Notes: a model not told the origin generated them from the letters alone. A stretch of DNA of 64,000 nucleotides from Opitutales bacterium (GCA_965197745.1 CBDANS010000007.1:1052306-1116305), one strand, 5' to 3'. Numbered from the stretch's first letter, positions 10,032 to 20,423 are shown. A program made the numbers and translations.

Positions 10032-10613
10032 TTAATTATGACTTATGTTTTCGATGTCATCTTCCACTTTCTCATCGAACTTAATTAAAGACTTTTTCCA
10101 GTCAAATAACGCTTCCCATTGGCCAGTCGAGGGATTTTCTCTTTTCCAGTTATTTTTCTCTTGTAGTTCCCAAAATGAGTCAGCAGCTCTTTCGTCAATA
10201 CCCATAGCATCGCAAATATCGATGAACTCATCGTAATTTTTCGGAAGAGGACGGGGTGAAGGAAGGGCTCTTTGCCTCTCCTGCGCTGCGGGGGTCAATA
10301 AGGTGTAAGTATTATATACTCTCCTGCCTCGACCTGATTCTATTTTCAGCAACGTTATAGCGCTTAATATTTTAAGCACAGCGGAGGTTTTACTTTTCGA
10401 TAAACCCGCGCGGTAAGCGATCAATCCGATCGAAGCAGAGAAGGGACGAAATTGATCTCCATGATCATTAGCAATCCAGTTCAGGGCACTGTAAACAGAA
10501 ATTGTAAATGAAGCGTTGGTCCCCAGTACTTCCTGTAAAATAATTATATGCGCATCCTTATAATTTCGGTAATAGGAGAGCTCTTTACTTTGACCTGCTG
10601 GATTTTCAGGCAT
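10032..10613 (-). CDS. Winged-helix DNA-binding protein, possible replication/primosome organiser of the integrated element
   Basis: The N-terminal half looks like an HTH_36-type wHTH (LSKSKTSAVLKILSAITLLKIESGRG). The Trp-rich C-terminus is DnaD-like. It overlaps the upstream HTH gene by 8 nt. Family assignment is from memory. Confidence 0.45.
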   Translation of the reverse strand: MPENPAGQSKELSYYRNYKDAHIIILQEVLGTNASFTISVYSALNWIANDHGDQFRPFSASIGLIAYRAGLSKSKTSAVLKILSAITLLKIESGRGRRVYNTYTLLTPAAQERQRALPSPRPLPKNYDEFIDICDAMGIDERAADSFWELQEKNNWKRENPSTGQWEALFDWKKSLIKFDEKVEDDIENISHN

Positions 10614-10875
10614 GTCTCTTCCTGTGCTTGCGGGCTGCTGTCTGCTGATTCTCCAACTTTTCCAAAGTCGTTAAGAGCGTCTCCCGGCGGTATAACTTTC
10701 TGCCTCCTATGCGAATCGGTTTAAGCAGTCCGCGCCTGTCGTAATTTCGTACTGTGCGAATGGAGACCCCGAGTATTACTGCGGTCTCTGACTCCCTCAG
10801 CAACAGGGGCGGGTCGATACGAACTGAATTGAGTGTAGATGGGGTATCCATGGTGCCTTGTAATTTAAGGCACAC
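10606..10875 (-). CDS. Excisionase/AlpA-type (MerR-like HTH_17) DNA-binding protein
   Basis: LRESETAVILGVSIRTVRNYDRRGLLKPIRIGGRKLYRRETL. The likely true start is Met at 10851. Confidence 0.7.
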   Translation of the reverse strand: MCLKLQGTMDTPSTLNSVRIDPPLLLRESETAVILGVSIRTVRNYDRRGLLKPIRIGGRKLYRRETLLTTLEKLENQQTAARKHRKRHA

Positions 10876-10941
10876 ACTATACCATCACATTTCTCGATTT
10901 TTCCTGTAATCGCATACAGTAACTTTAGAAGATACTGTATG

Positions 10942-11253
10942 TTAATGGAGAACAGGTGAATTCCCTCTTTCAAGAGCGATTTTAATTATTTCTGTGACTG
11001 AAAAAACGTTTGGATAAACACGTTGTATCAACCCATTTTGATCGGGACAATCTTCGTTGCTATTATCTATCGCATCGGCTTGTCCCTCAATACGGGAATA
11101 GTATCGCCTTTTTCGAAGAACCGGGTTAAGGTTTTTACCAAATCCCCGCTCAACAATCGCTTTCTCAATTGCATCAGCCCGTGGTAGAGATTCAGATGTG
11201 CGAAAGTGCTCAACAGCCAGAAAGGATTTCCACTGCGCCTCTGTCCCAAACAA
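10942..11253 (-). CDS. Hypothetical protein (103 aa)
   Basis: The ORF starts where the DUF6499-like homology to module 2 ends. No homologue is recognised. Confidence 0.3.
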   Translation of the reverse strand: MFGTEAQWKSFLAVEHFRTSESLPRADAIEKAIVERGFGKNLNPVLRKRRYYSRIEGQADAIDNSNEDCPDQNGLIQRVYPNVFSVTEIIKIALERGNSPVLH

Positions 11254-11941
11254 CTGGACTTTTGTGGCGGGGAATCCTCTTCCAGTTTTTCGGTAATAAG
11301 CTTGATGATTTTATCACGGGAACTTTTGTCTCTCATAGAGACACGAGGGACGGCAAATAAACGATAAGTATTAACTGTCCAGTGCCAATACAGTGCCGTA
11401 TCCGAAAAACAGCTCTCAAGAGCTGCTTGCGAATGGTCTTCGTGGGGCAGCGCAGGGGCTATTTCTATATCAGGAGGTATTGCATCTTCGTTGGGATATA
11501 ATCCTGAAGGGACGATCTCGCAAATATCCGCCGTATAGTCCGCCCAATAATCTCTGTACGCCTTCTGAAATCCTCGCGGGGTATTGAGCCAGGTTGAATC
11601 AAGCTTTAAAGGGGCACGCCCTTTTTTCTTATCCTCTTTGTATTCTTCTAAAAACTCAACCTGGTCCTCTTCTATCCTCGGACCTACTACCTGACGATGT
11701 CCTTCTTTGGGCCCAAGCCCACGTGGGATTATTACTGGTTCATGCATCCAGTTCCAGGCCGCTCCCGCAAAATAATTACGGTCATCTTGAACGAACCTGA
11801 ATTTTTCCCATCTTCCCTCTTTGCCCTGAAGACTATGCTAAGCTCCTTTGTTTTTTCTTGAAACGCTTTATTGCGTCGAAGTAATTCCCATATCTTCGCC
11901 GGTATGCCGTCCTCACAGGGATTGTAGATTGATAAGCTCAT
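11067..11941 (-). pseudogene. DUF6499-like protein (WELLRRN motif), frameshifted copy; homology to the intact copy ends near 11240
   Basis: The gene is split into 11732..11941 and 11067..11747. Relative to 33766..34476 there are 2 extra nt near 11850, which breaks the frame. The N-terminal motif is IPAKIWELLRRNKAF. Confidence 0.6.
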
Positions 11942-12735
11942 GCACGCTAACGGTCTAATGGTTTAAATGTGACCACCCTTGGAATTCCATCCTTCACTCC
12001 TTGAAATGGACACAGCCCAGCGCTTCAATTGCTGGAGATGATCCCTGTTTATTTGCAATAACGTTAGCCCTCACAACTTCGCGAACGCAAGGTGCAATTT
12101 GAGATTTACCCGGTATCGTTCTCCCCGCCATGTTTGAAATTCGACTGGAAGCACGCTGGCTAATGTATCTCCCGCGACTCTCCCACTTCCTGCACCGACA
12201 GATCCTCTGGGGTGTTTCTATCCCTGTCCCTTAGCTGTCATGAGCGCTGTCCCGTGCGTGAGTTTCCCTGCCCCCGAACTGCGATGAAAAATTTCCTTGC
12301 CCACGAGGTTCCGTCCTTCCGCTCTAACTTATGCACTGGCGCAACCTTATGGCTGATTTCCCGCTCGCCCGTATCCAACACTACGACGCACGTAACAGGC
12401 TGCTTGCCATCGCGGGAATGTTTTGCTCTCTCCTTCACGATGAAAAATTATGACACAAAATCGGCGCGGTGCAAACGCAATATTTTTCAAACTGACCCAC
12501 TAACGGTAACCGTTAATCTGGCCAACCCCCTCGCTGGTGAGGCTGAAGATGTCACCCAAAGTAATCATGGAAAACTTTAAAACCCCTCTCAAATCTATAA
12601 GCGAAAATAGGATCGATAAGTTGGACTGCTGTTCGGCAATCAGGGCACAGATAGCGGTTGAAGGTTTGGAATCGAGTTGTTTTACAGCTAAATTCGCTGC
12701 TTAAGGGTATCATGAACCCGGATGGCAATACCCCA
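11942..12735. other. Conserved non-coding spacer of integrase module 1
   Basis: Long identical blocks with 34477-35177, but two non-triplet indels. Contains the palindrome TAACGGTAACCGTTA. Flanked by a 24-nt direct repeat. Confidence 0.6.
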
Positions 12736-14022
12736 TCAATCTAATGGTTTAAATGCGACAACCGATTGCTCTGCATTTGCCGGGAGAATTGAGAAATATT
12801 TTTCCCCCTCTGTTCTGCTAGCAAGACTCCGGTAATGATCAAACAGTACCTGGTCACTCGAACGATGGCCCAGCATCGCTGCTGTCTTGCTTGAATCACT
12901 GGTCAGGGCATAATAGTAGCTGCCGAAGCTGTGGCGCATCGCATTGCTGTAGTTTCCCCCCCAATGGGGAAAGCCCGCTTGTTTGGTTAACTTAGCAAAG
13001 TTTATGTATGAATTTGCGGGTGCAACTTTACCCTTTTTATTATGACATAGCTGCAACCATGCCACACAATTGTCCATAAGATCCATGACTCTTAACTGGC
13101 GCTTTTTAGCTATCTGTGGGCCAACCGTCAGTAACTTGCGCTCCAGATCAATAACCGACCAGTCAAGCCGGTAAATCTCAGTGCTCCTTAACCCTGCGAA
13201 CAGCCCTAGTGCCACCAATGGGAGCAGCCCCATATCTTCATCTGTCTTTGCCGCATGCAAAACCAAATCTTCTGCTTGAGTGACTTTGAGAATGACAGGG
13301 GGCTTCCAGTCTATTTTTGGGATTGGAATTTTCTTCACGGGGTTATCGACCCGAAATCCCTTGTTCACCGCATAGTTAAAAAAGCTGCTTAAGCATAAGC
13401 GGTAGTTTATAATGCTTCTCACAGAGAGATCGGTAAAGTTATTGAGCCACTCCTCTATTTCCGTTTGAGAAATCTCCTTGACCACTCGGCTCCCAAAGTT
13501 TCTAGAGAAGATTCCCAGCCGGGAGCGGATATCATTTATGGAGCGCGAGCGCAGATTCCGGTTTTCTTTTTCCTCAATCAATGTTGCCGTTAATTCCAGA
13601 ACCGTAATATCACCGGCAGGGGGATTCAAATGCAGCTTGGCAAACTCCGCTGCCTGCAAGAGGGTAATGTCGAAACCTTCCAGTATTTCGAATGCGTTGA
13701 AAGCGTCCTTGGACTGGTACCCGGTCAGGTTATAATGATGCTGCCCGTGTTGAAGCAATTGTTCGTGTTGTTCTTTTGCCCAGGCAAAAGCGACCTCTTT
13801 ATCCTTGAACTGTCTTCTCATTCGCTTGCCCGCGAACTTCGCGGGAATCAAAACCTGGTAGGAAAATCCGTAATCATCGCCAGCGGTTCGATTGATAACT
13901 TCCCTGATTGTGATAGCACTTTTTTTAGGGTGCTCCCAGCTATTAAGGGGACTCGATTTTTTACGTTTTCCTTTAGTTGCCTCCATCAAGCAAACTAATG
14001 CCTCAATCAGGTTTACTTGCAA
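12736..14022 (-). CDS. Tyrosine recombinase/integrase (module 1)
   Basis: 428 aa with catalytic-region motifs AGLRSTEI, MRHSFGSYY, LGHRSS and FDHYRS. About 88% identical to 35178..36464. Confidence 0.9.
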   Translation of the reverse strand: MQVNLIEALVCLMEATKGKRKKSSPLNSWEHPKKSAITIREVINRTAGDDYGFSYQVLIPAKFAGKRMRRQFKDKEVAFAWAKEQHEQLLQHGQHHYNLTGYQSKDAFNAFEILEGFDITLLQAAEFAKLHLNPPAGDITVLELTATLIEEKENRNLRSRSINDIRSRLGIFSRNFGSRVVKEISQTEIEEWLNNFTDLSVRSIINYRLCLSSFFNYAVNKGFRVDNPVKKIPIPKIDWKPPVILKVTQAEDLVLHAAKTDEDMGLLPLVALGLFAGLRSTEIYRLDWSVIDLERKLLTVGPQIAKKRQLRVMDLMDNCVAWLQLCHNKKGKVAPANSYINFAKLTKQAGFPHWGGNYSNAMRHSFGSYYYALTSDSSKTAAMLGHRSSDQVLFDHYRSLASRTEGEKYFSILPANAEQSVVAFKPLD

Positions 14023-14079
14023 GCTTTATTGACAATAATAATACAGGAACATTACAAGTCATTGATATATTTATATATA

Positions 14080-15107
14080 AACGATTCGATGATCCGTTCT
14101 GCCAAGGGCTTGCTGGTTCGATATAGAGGGTATTGATTTTCATCGCAGTTAGCCAGGCTCTCAATTCACTTCCAATAAATGGCTTCGCATGTCGTCGCTT
14201 CGCTCCTCGGAACCGATCCATTGTCGCTGCGAATATATTGTGGCGGCCCATGACGGTCGAGCAGTTTTTGCATGACCCCGCGCACCTTCTGCGCATTGAT
14301 ATGGCGATCGACATGGATCACCCGACACTCGCGGGTGTACTCGTCGAGGACGGTCAGCATTTTGAGATTCCCACCGCGAGCCGTCTTATCGTGGATAAAA
14401 TCCCAGGTCCAAACAGGGTCGGGATGTTCGGCCTTGGTCGGCAGCCCGGTGGAGATACCCCGGCGCCGACCTCTTGGCTTGCGTGGGGGGATCGCCAGAC
14501 CCAGTTCACGTCGCAGACCTTGCACGAGACGTTTACCCACCTGCCAGCCTTCGTCCTTCAACAGCTTCGTGATCTTCGGATAGCCCCACCTCGCCTATTG
14601 CCGTGATAACCGCCTTACTGCCGCCTTCAGTTTCGTTAGCCAGGCATCCGGATACTTCGCCCGATACGCATAGGTGGAGCGGTGCAGGTGAAAGTATCGG
14701 CACGCTCCACGCATCGAACACTGGCCCCGGGCCACAAGTCTCTCTGCCACTTGCCGCTTGTGCCCAGGGCTTACCGTTTTTTTTCGAGGGTCTCCTGCAC
14801 AATCTCTATCCCCAGCAGCTTGTCCGCCAGCATCCGCTTTAACCGCGCGTTCTCCTTCAAAGAGTTCCTTCATCCGCTTGGCCTGGTTGACATCGATCAT
14901 TCCAAACTCACCCTTCCAGTGGAGGAAGCTCAGTTCGCTTAGGTTGTTCTCACGGCATCCTCTTCCTGGGTCGATTTGCCTCTGTCTGCTTGCCGCAATA
15001 TACGTATCTTCTCTTCGGTTGTGTATCTTTTATCTTTCATTGTCTAAGTCCTTTTTAGGTGGCCCAGACCAACTTTTCAAGTGTCACAGTTTCCGTGGTC
15101 ACGACCA
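14080..15107 (-). mobile_element. IS3-family element, copy 3, truncated by about 420 bp at its orfB end
   Basis: Homology to copy 4 begins abruptly at AACGATTCGATG (14080), next to the integrase upstream region. The intact end is ...CCGTGGTCACGACCA at 15107. Confidence 0.8.
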
Positions 15108-15372
15108 ATAATATCCCTAGAACTAATATTATATGCATACTTAGAGGTAATATATTACCGATTACTTCTTTCACTTCCATTGTAATTTTCCTTTCTGTTA
15201 TTTGTTTATCTGAATTGTGACTTTTGTATATAATTCCCTAATTTAGCTTAATTTCTCGTTCTCATTGGATCATGGTCCAAACTCAACAAATTGGTTCAAC
15301 CGGACTTGTTTGACGAATGGAAGCAAGCTTCACGTTTGGTCTGGCTGAAATCGAAAGCGGATATAGGCGGAC

Positions 15373-17580
15373 TCACTGCTGGCGGGGCAGAGTTTCCGCG
15401 ATAGCTGGCGATGAGGTCGTGGGTAGCTCGATGATCATCTCGGTAAATGCAGCGGGTTCGGATTCCACTAGTATGCTTCCCCCGTGTTCGCGTACGATAT
15501 CATTGGAGAGGGCAAGGCCCAGCCCGGTGCCCTGATTCGTCGGCTTGGTCGTGAAGAACGGGGTAAATATCTTCTTGATGACATCGGGCTTTATTCCGTT
15601 TCCATTGTCGCGAATGCGGATTTGGATACAGTCCGTCATGCGCCGGGTGGTGAGCCGCAGAATGGGCTCGTAGTGCACGGTCTTTTTCCCTTCGGTGGCG
15701 GACGAATCGGGAGACTTGCCGTTACCCGCCTCGACGGCGCGCCGCTTCTCGTCAGTGGCATAACAGGCGTTGCTCGCCATGTTCAGGAACACCCGGCCCA
15801 GTTTCTGTTGAATGACGTCGAGTTCCCCCACCTCAGAGTCAAAGTCCTCTTCGATTTTCAGGCAGAATGTCGGGTCAGTGACCCGGGCGCTGTGGTAGGC
15901 AAACAGGGTGTGTTTGGAGAGCAGGGCGTTGATATCCGTCGGCTGCCGCTCGCCAGAGTGCCTACCCATCATAAGCATGCTTTGTACGATCTGGTTGGCC
16001 CGTTCGCCGTGCTCGTGGATGCGCTTGAGGTTGTCGGTAAGATCGCCACTGATCTCGTCGATCAGCTCGCGGCTTTCTTCACCGCCTTCACCAGTGGATT
16101 TTGGGATCTCCTCCAGTAGTTCTTCCAGTAGTTCCTCCGAAACCTCCGAAAAGTTCTTAATAAAATTCAGCGGGTTCTTGATCTCGTGGGCGACGCCAGC
16201 GGTCAATTCGCCGAGCGACGCTAGTTTTTCACGCATGATGAGTTGGTCCTGAGCCCGTTCCAGGTCGGCCAGTGCGCCCGCGAGTTGATCGTTCTTGCCC
16301 TTGAGCTCTTCGGCTAGCTTTTCCACCATATTCAGCCGTTGGACTTCCAATGCGTGGCGGCGAAAGACCTCAAGTGCCGCAGCCATATCCGCTATCTCAT
16401 CGTTCCCACTGATATCGACGGTTGCCTCCAAGTCACCCTTAGCCATGCGGCGCATTCGATCCGACAGCTGTCCAAGCCGACGTGACAGCACCCGGCCGAC
16501 ATACAGCCAAGCGATCAGTACCGCTCCGACGACGCTGATGACGCTCAACGCGAACAAGAGATTGCGTCCGGTAAGGATCGTTCGAGCGGATGTGAGGGAG
16601 GCATCCCGTACGCTTGCGTGAGCCGCACTTACCAGGCTTTCGACCTCGGACACGAGTTCTATGGCAAGAACACGATTATGGGTAAGCAAGTCTCTCTGGT
16701 ACTGGTCAAGCGCGAGTTCCCGTGAGCGGAGGTTGAAACCACCCTCCGGCCCAATGCCCAACTCAATCAACCGGGTGAAGAGAGGCGAGAGTTTCTGGCG
16801 CATCGCTGTTGATCCGAGTATGGACAGGCGCCGCTCGATACCGGAGGCGGTGGACTCGAAGCGCTCCCGCAGCGGTTCTAGCAGGGGGATGTCCGAGACA
16901 TTGAAGGCGGTTGCCAGAATCTGATCCCCAATGGTGGCATCAGCCTGTAACTCGGCAAGGTGGCGATAGCGATTGAACTCCGCTTGCGAGAAATGCTGTG
17001 CTCGGGGTGCGGGCATATCGTTAAGGTTGTCGTAGCCCGTCATTGCATAGAACAATTGATCGTCAATCGATGGAATCAGGATGTTGGTCAACTTGCTGCG
17101 CAGCGCCGCCAGTTCTCTGCGCAGCGCCTGTTGCAGGTTGGTCAGCGCGAAGTGTCCCTCCACCGAATCCTCAATGGCTTTGATGTTTGTAATCAGAGCA
17201 TCACCCCGCGCACGGATGCGCTTTGAGCGTTTCGCTTCCCCGCCTTTCCGTGTCAATGCGGCCAACTGCGTCTCGAAGGCCTTTCGATCCTCGTCGATTT
17301 TTCCAACGACGCGGGCCAAGTCCTCCGGCGACACAGCGGTAGTCAAGCGCAACGCGGCGTCTACGAGAGCGCCGCTTTGTTGCGCGGTACCAAAGGCGGC
17401 CGCCATCTTCGGGACACTATCCTCGTTCACGCGGCTCTGGACATCACCCACCCGGGCGAAGGATACCCAACCGACCAGACTGGCGACGATGGTGAGGGCA
17501 ACTCCGCCGCCGATACCTATATAGAGCTGCGTCGAGATTAGGAAACGGCTTTCAAATAGGCGTTTAAGTAGGTCTTTCAC
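15373..17580 (-). CDS. Sensor histidine kinase with two TM segments, a large periplasmic region and HAMP
   Basis: H-box AGVAHEIKNPLNFI, N-box NMASNACYA, G-boxes DNGNGI and GTGLGLALS. Confidence 0.9.
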   Translation of the reverse strand: MKDLLKRLFESRFLISTQLYIGIGGGVALTIVASLVGWVSFARVGDVQSRVNEDSVPKMAAAFGTAQQSGALVDAALRLTTAVSPEDLARVVGKIDEDRKAFETQLAALTRKGGEAKRSKRIRARGDALITNIKAIEDSVEGHFALTNLQQALRRELAALRSKLTNILIPSIDDQLFYAMTGYDNLNDMPAPRAQHFSQAEFNRYRHLAELQADATIGDQILATAFNVSDIPLLEPLRERFESTASGIERRLSILGSTAMRQKLSPLFTRLIELGIGPEGGFNLRSRELALDQYQRDLLTHNRVLAIELVSEVESLVSAAHASVRDASLTSARTILTGRNLLFALSVISVVGAVLIAWLYVGRVLSRRLGQLSDRMRRMAKGDLEATVDISGNDEIADMAAALEVFRRHALEVQRLNMVEKLAEELKGKNDQLAGALADLERAQDQLIMREKLASLGELTAGVAHEIKNPLNFIKNFSEVSEELLEELLEEIPKSTGEGGEESRELIDEISGDLTDNLKRIHEHGERANQIVQSMLMMGRHSGERQPTDINALLSKHTLFAYHSARVTDPTFCLKIEEDFDSEVGELDVIQQKLGRVFLNMASNACYATDEKRRAVEAGNGKSPDSSATEGKKTVHYEPILRLTTRRMTDCIQIRIRDNGNGIKPDVIKKIFTPFFTTKPTNQGTGLGLALSNDIVREHGGSILVESEPAAFTEMIIELPTTSSPAIAETLPRQQ

Positions 17581-18758
17581 GGGTGTGCCGAATCCCGGAG
17601 TGTCTTGATCGGGTAGTAGCGACCATCTGCGCCGATGACAGTGAGGAAAACCGCGTCCGAACCTTGGTTGTCGTTGTCGCTATAGTGGAGCTTGAACCCG
17701 TCGAGGTCAATGATATCGACGCGGCGCAGACTATCGAGAAAACATGCCCGGTCAGGCTCTCGTCCGCAGAGTTCAAGGGCGACAATAGCCAGACGGCCGG
17801 CCAAGTAGCCTTCGAAAGAGACAAAGCCGGGAAGTGCGCTGGGGGCATGAGTTTTTAGGGCCCGGCGGTAAGCCGCCGCGATGGAGGGTTCATCCGCTGT
17901 CGGGAAGGGCACCACCTGTGTGACAAAGACTCCAGTGCCGTCGGGGCCGAGTTCTCGGATCAACGCGTTGCTGCCTACGAAGGATATTGTTATAAAAGCC
18001 GGTTCGAACTTGATGTGTCGCGCCCAGGCGATCAGGGCCGCGACTGGCTGATAAGCCCCGACCAGAATCACTGCTTCAGGATCTCCGTCGCGCAGATCCA
18101 AGAGGGCCGTTTTTACGGCCGTGGTATTGCGCGGGTACACCCCGATTGCCGCCGGTTTCAGATCGCGCCTCCCGAGGGCGCGGCGAACGCCGCGGTAGCC
18201 TGCCCGACCAAAGGAGTCGTCCTGATACAACACTGCGATGCGGTAGATACCCAGGTCACTGATTATACGGGCTACCATTTCCTCGGTTTCTTGGAAGTAA
18301 GAGGCGCGCAGATTTATCACATTTCGCCACTTCGCTTCGCGAAGGAAAGCGGCTCCGGTAAATGGCGCGATATATGGAACGTCTGCAATCGCGGCGACCG
18401 GAGCAGCGGAGCGTGATGTCGGTGTTCCAACGGCTCCTATCAATGCAAAGACCTCTTCCTCCTCGATCAGCCGACGGGTGTTGGCGATAGCGGCTTCCGG
18501 TTCGTACGCATCGTCGAGGGAAAGAAGCTCAATCCGGCGCCCATGGACGCCACCCCGCCCATTTACCTCCCGGAAAGCCGCGTCGATACCGAGCCGCATG
18601 TTTTTGCCGAGATCCTGAGCGGGGCCGGTGAAGGCGGCGGACTGGCCGAAAAGGATACGTTGGGCGGAAACCCCGAACTCACCGGAGATCGGCGTGTTGC
18701 CCGCGCTGAGTACCGCGACAAGCAGAAAGGCTCCGTACCGCGGCAGCGACCCCTTCAT
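17577..18758 (-). CDS. Periplasmic Leu/Ile/Val-type (Peripla_BP_6-like) substrate-binding protein
   Basis: Signal peptide and the ABC branched-chain binding-protein architecture. Its stop overlaps the kinase start by 4 nt. Confidence 0.75.
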   Translation of the reverse strand: MKGSLPRYGAFLLVAVLSAGNTPISGEFGVSAQRILFGQSAAFTGPAQDLGKNMRLGIDAAFREVNGRGGVHGRRIELLSLDDAYEPEAAIANTRRLIEEEEVFALIGAVGTPTSRSAAPVAAIADVPYIAPFTGAAFLREAKWRNVINLRASYFQETEEMVARIISDLGIYRIAVLYQDDSFGRAGYRGVRRALGRRDLKPAAIGVYPRNTTAVKTALLDLRDGDPEAVILVGAYQPVAALIAWARHIKFEPAFITISFVGSNALIRELGPDGTGVFVTQVVPFPTADEPSIAAAYRRALKTHAPSALPGFVSFEGYLAGRLAIVALELCGREPDRACFLDSLRRVDIIDLDGFKLHYSDNDNQGSDAVFLTVIGADGRYYPIKTLRDSAHP

Positions 18759-19192
18759 CCGTTCCTCCGCTTAATTAAGGTTAGAAGGTTCTTGCCGCTC
18801 TCCCGCCGATAGTGCACCTCATCCATCAGGGTGCGCACCAGATGGATGCCGAGCCCGCCCACGGGGCGGTCTTCGAGAGACGCGTTGATATCGGGTGGGG
18901 GAGTATCGGTCAGTGGATTGAACGCACGGGCGTCGTCGGTGATCTCAACGGTGATTGTATCCATGTCCGAGACGATCTGGATTTCGACCTCGTGGGGGCC
19001 ATCGTCGCCGTGCCCATGATTCACGATGTTGATGCCTATCTCCTCGAACACGAGCTTAACCTGAAATTCGAGCTCGGGGGACCAGCTCTCCGTCCGCGCG
19101 AACTCTTCGATCGATTCGTCGATTCGTCGAAGCTCGTCGAGCGTCGTTTCCATGCGAAGTGATAACTTGGCGCTCATATGTCCCCTCCGCAT
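18755..19192 (-). CDS. Anti-sigma regulatory factor, Ser/Thr kinase (RsbW/SpoIIAB-like)
   Basis: GHKL ATPase core EIGINIVNHGH...GGLGIHLVRTLMDEV. About 140 aa. Confidence 0.75.
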   Translation of the reverse strand: MRRGHMSAKLSLRMETTLDELRRIDESIEEFARTESWSPELEFQVKLVFEEIGINIVNHGHGDDGPHEVEIQIVSDMDTITVEITDDARAFNPLTDTPPPDINASLEDRPVGGLGIHLVRTLMDEVHYRRESGKNLLTLIKRRNG

Positions 19193-20373
19193 CGGTGAAG
19201 CGTCAAACAGGTGATGTCGTCGAATTGGGGAGCGTCGTCGGCGAACGATTTCACCGCCTGGAAGACAGCAGTGGTGATGTCGTGGGCGTCCCCCGGCGGC
19301 AAACCGGCGAAGACCTCGCGCAGACGGTCGATCCCAAACTGCTCGCTCGCGTTGTTCTCCGCCTCGGTTACGCCGTCGGTATAGAGCACCACCGTGTCGC
19401 CCGGCGATAGACTCATGACACGCTTACCGTAGGGAAGATCCGGAGCGACCCCGAGGGCAATCCCGCCGGTCAACGGCAACAGCGTCGAGGTTCCAGCGGC
19501 GTTAAAGATGATTGGAGGATTATGTCCTCCGTTGACGTAAACTAGTTCATCACTCGCGGGATCGAAAACCGCCAGGAAGACGGTGACGAACATCAAGGAG
19601 TCGTTGTTCTCACAGAGCAAATGATTGGCCTGGCGTAGTATTTCGCTCGGATCTGAATGGCTAACGGCGGCCCCTTTGATCAGCGTGCAGATGGACATCA
19701 TGAAAAGGGCGGCGGGGACGCCCTTGCCCGAGACGTCAGCCACAACGAGGCCGATACGCCCGTCAGGCAAGCGCAAAACGTCGAAAAAGTCGCCGCCCAC
19801 ATCGCGAGCTGGCTCCATGCTCGCGAATACCTGATAGTCTGTGGCCTCGGGAAATTTAGTTGGCAGAATCGACTGCTGCATTCTGTTGGCTATGTCGAGC
19901 TCGTTCTCCAGTGCGACCAGTTTGTCTCGAGCCTCAAGGGCCGCACGCCACTGGGCGAGGTGTTCAAGGGTCCGTCTGATGGTTAACTGCAGATCTTCGA
20001 AGTCGATCGGCTTGATGACGAAGTCGAAGGCACCCCGGTTCATCGCCATGCGGATGTTCTCCATATCGCCATAAGCCGAGACCACCACTGCATGGATATC
20101 GGGGTTGACGGTCGGGATTTGCTCGAGAAGTGTGAGCCCGTCCATTTCGGGCATGTTGATGTCGGAGAGGACCATACCGATATTCTGGTCCTTATTCAGC
20201 CGATCAAGCGCCTCTACACCATTTCGGGCGAACACGAACTCATACAAGCCTCTACGAATCTCGCGGCGCATACGCTGGCGCACGAGTTGTTCCAGATCTG
20301 GCTCGTCGTCGACTACCAAAATCTTGTGGGGCTCTTGCATTATCACTTCTTCTGATTTTCCCTCACACCGCAT
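19174..20373 (-). CDS. Response-regulator receiver fused to a PP2C (SpoIIE/RsbU-type) phosphatase
   Basis: KILVVDDEPD...SDINMPEMDG receiver domain. C-terminal GGDFFD...DGVTE PP2C motifs. The likely start is Met at 20340. Confidence 0.85.
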   Translation of the reverse strand: MRCEGKSEEVIMQEPHKILVVDDEPDLEQLVRQRMRREIRRGLYEFVFARNGVEALDRLNKDQNIGMVLSDINMPEMDGLTLLEQIPTVNPDIHAVVVSAYGDMENIRMAMNRGAFDFVIKPIDFEDLQLTIRRTLEHLAQWRAALEARDKLVALENELDIANRMQQSILPTKFPEATDYQVFASMEPARDVGGDFFDVLRLPDGRIGLVVADVSGKGVPAALFMMSICTLIKGAAVSHSDPSEILRQANHLLCENNDSLMFVTVFLAVFDPASDELVYVNGGHNPPIIFNAAGTSTLLPLTGGIALGVAPDLPYGKRVMSLSPGDTVVLYTDGVTEAENNASEQFGIDRLREVFAGLPPGDAHDITTAVFQAVKSFADDAPQFDDITCLTLHRCGGDI

Positions 20374-20423
20374 ATAGTATACTATCCGGTCTCAATCGAC
20401 AAAAGCAGCCCCCTCGATTCACG

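Noticed and set aside
12212-12580. ORFs within the conserved integrase-module spacer (12212..12580, 12238..12438, 34633..35097, 34758..34949) as real genes
   Set aside because: Two indels that are not multiples of three break colinearity between the copies. The + strand products are Cys/Ser/Thr/Arg-rich with no motif. In the best-conserved 37 codons of the minus-strand ORF, only about 3 of 13 nucleotide changes are synonymous.
12582-12594. Shared 13-mer ACCCCTCTCAAAT between the module-1 spacer and 52076-52088 as a link between integrase modules and the oriented repeats
   Set aside because: In 64 kb read on both strands, on the order of a hundred chance 13-mer matches are expected, so this carries no evidential weight.
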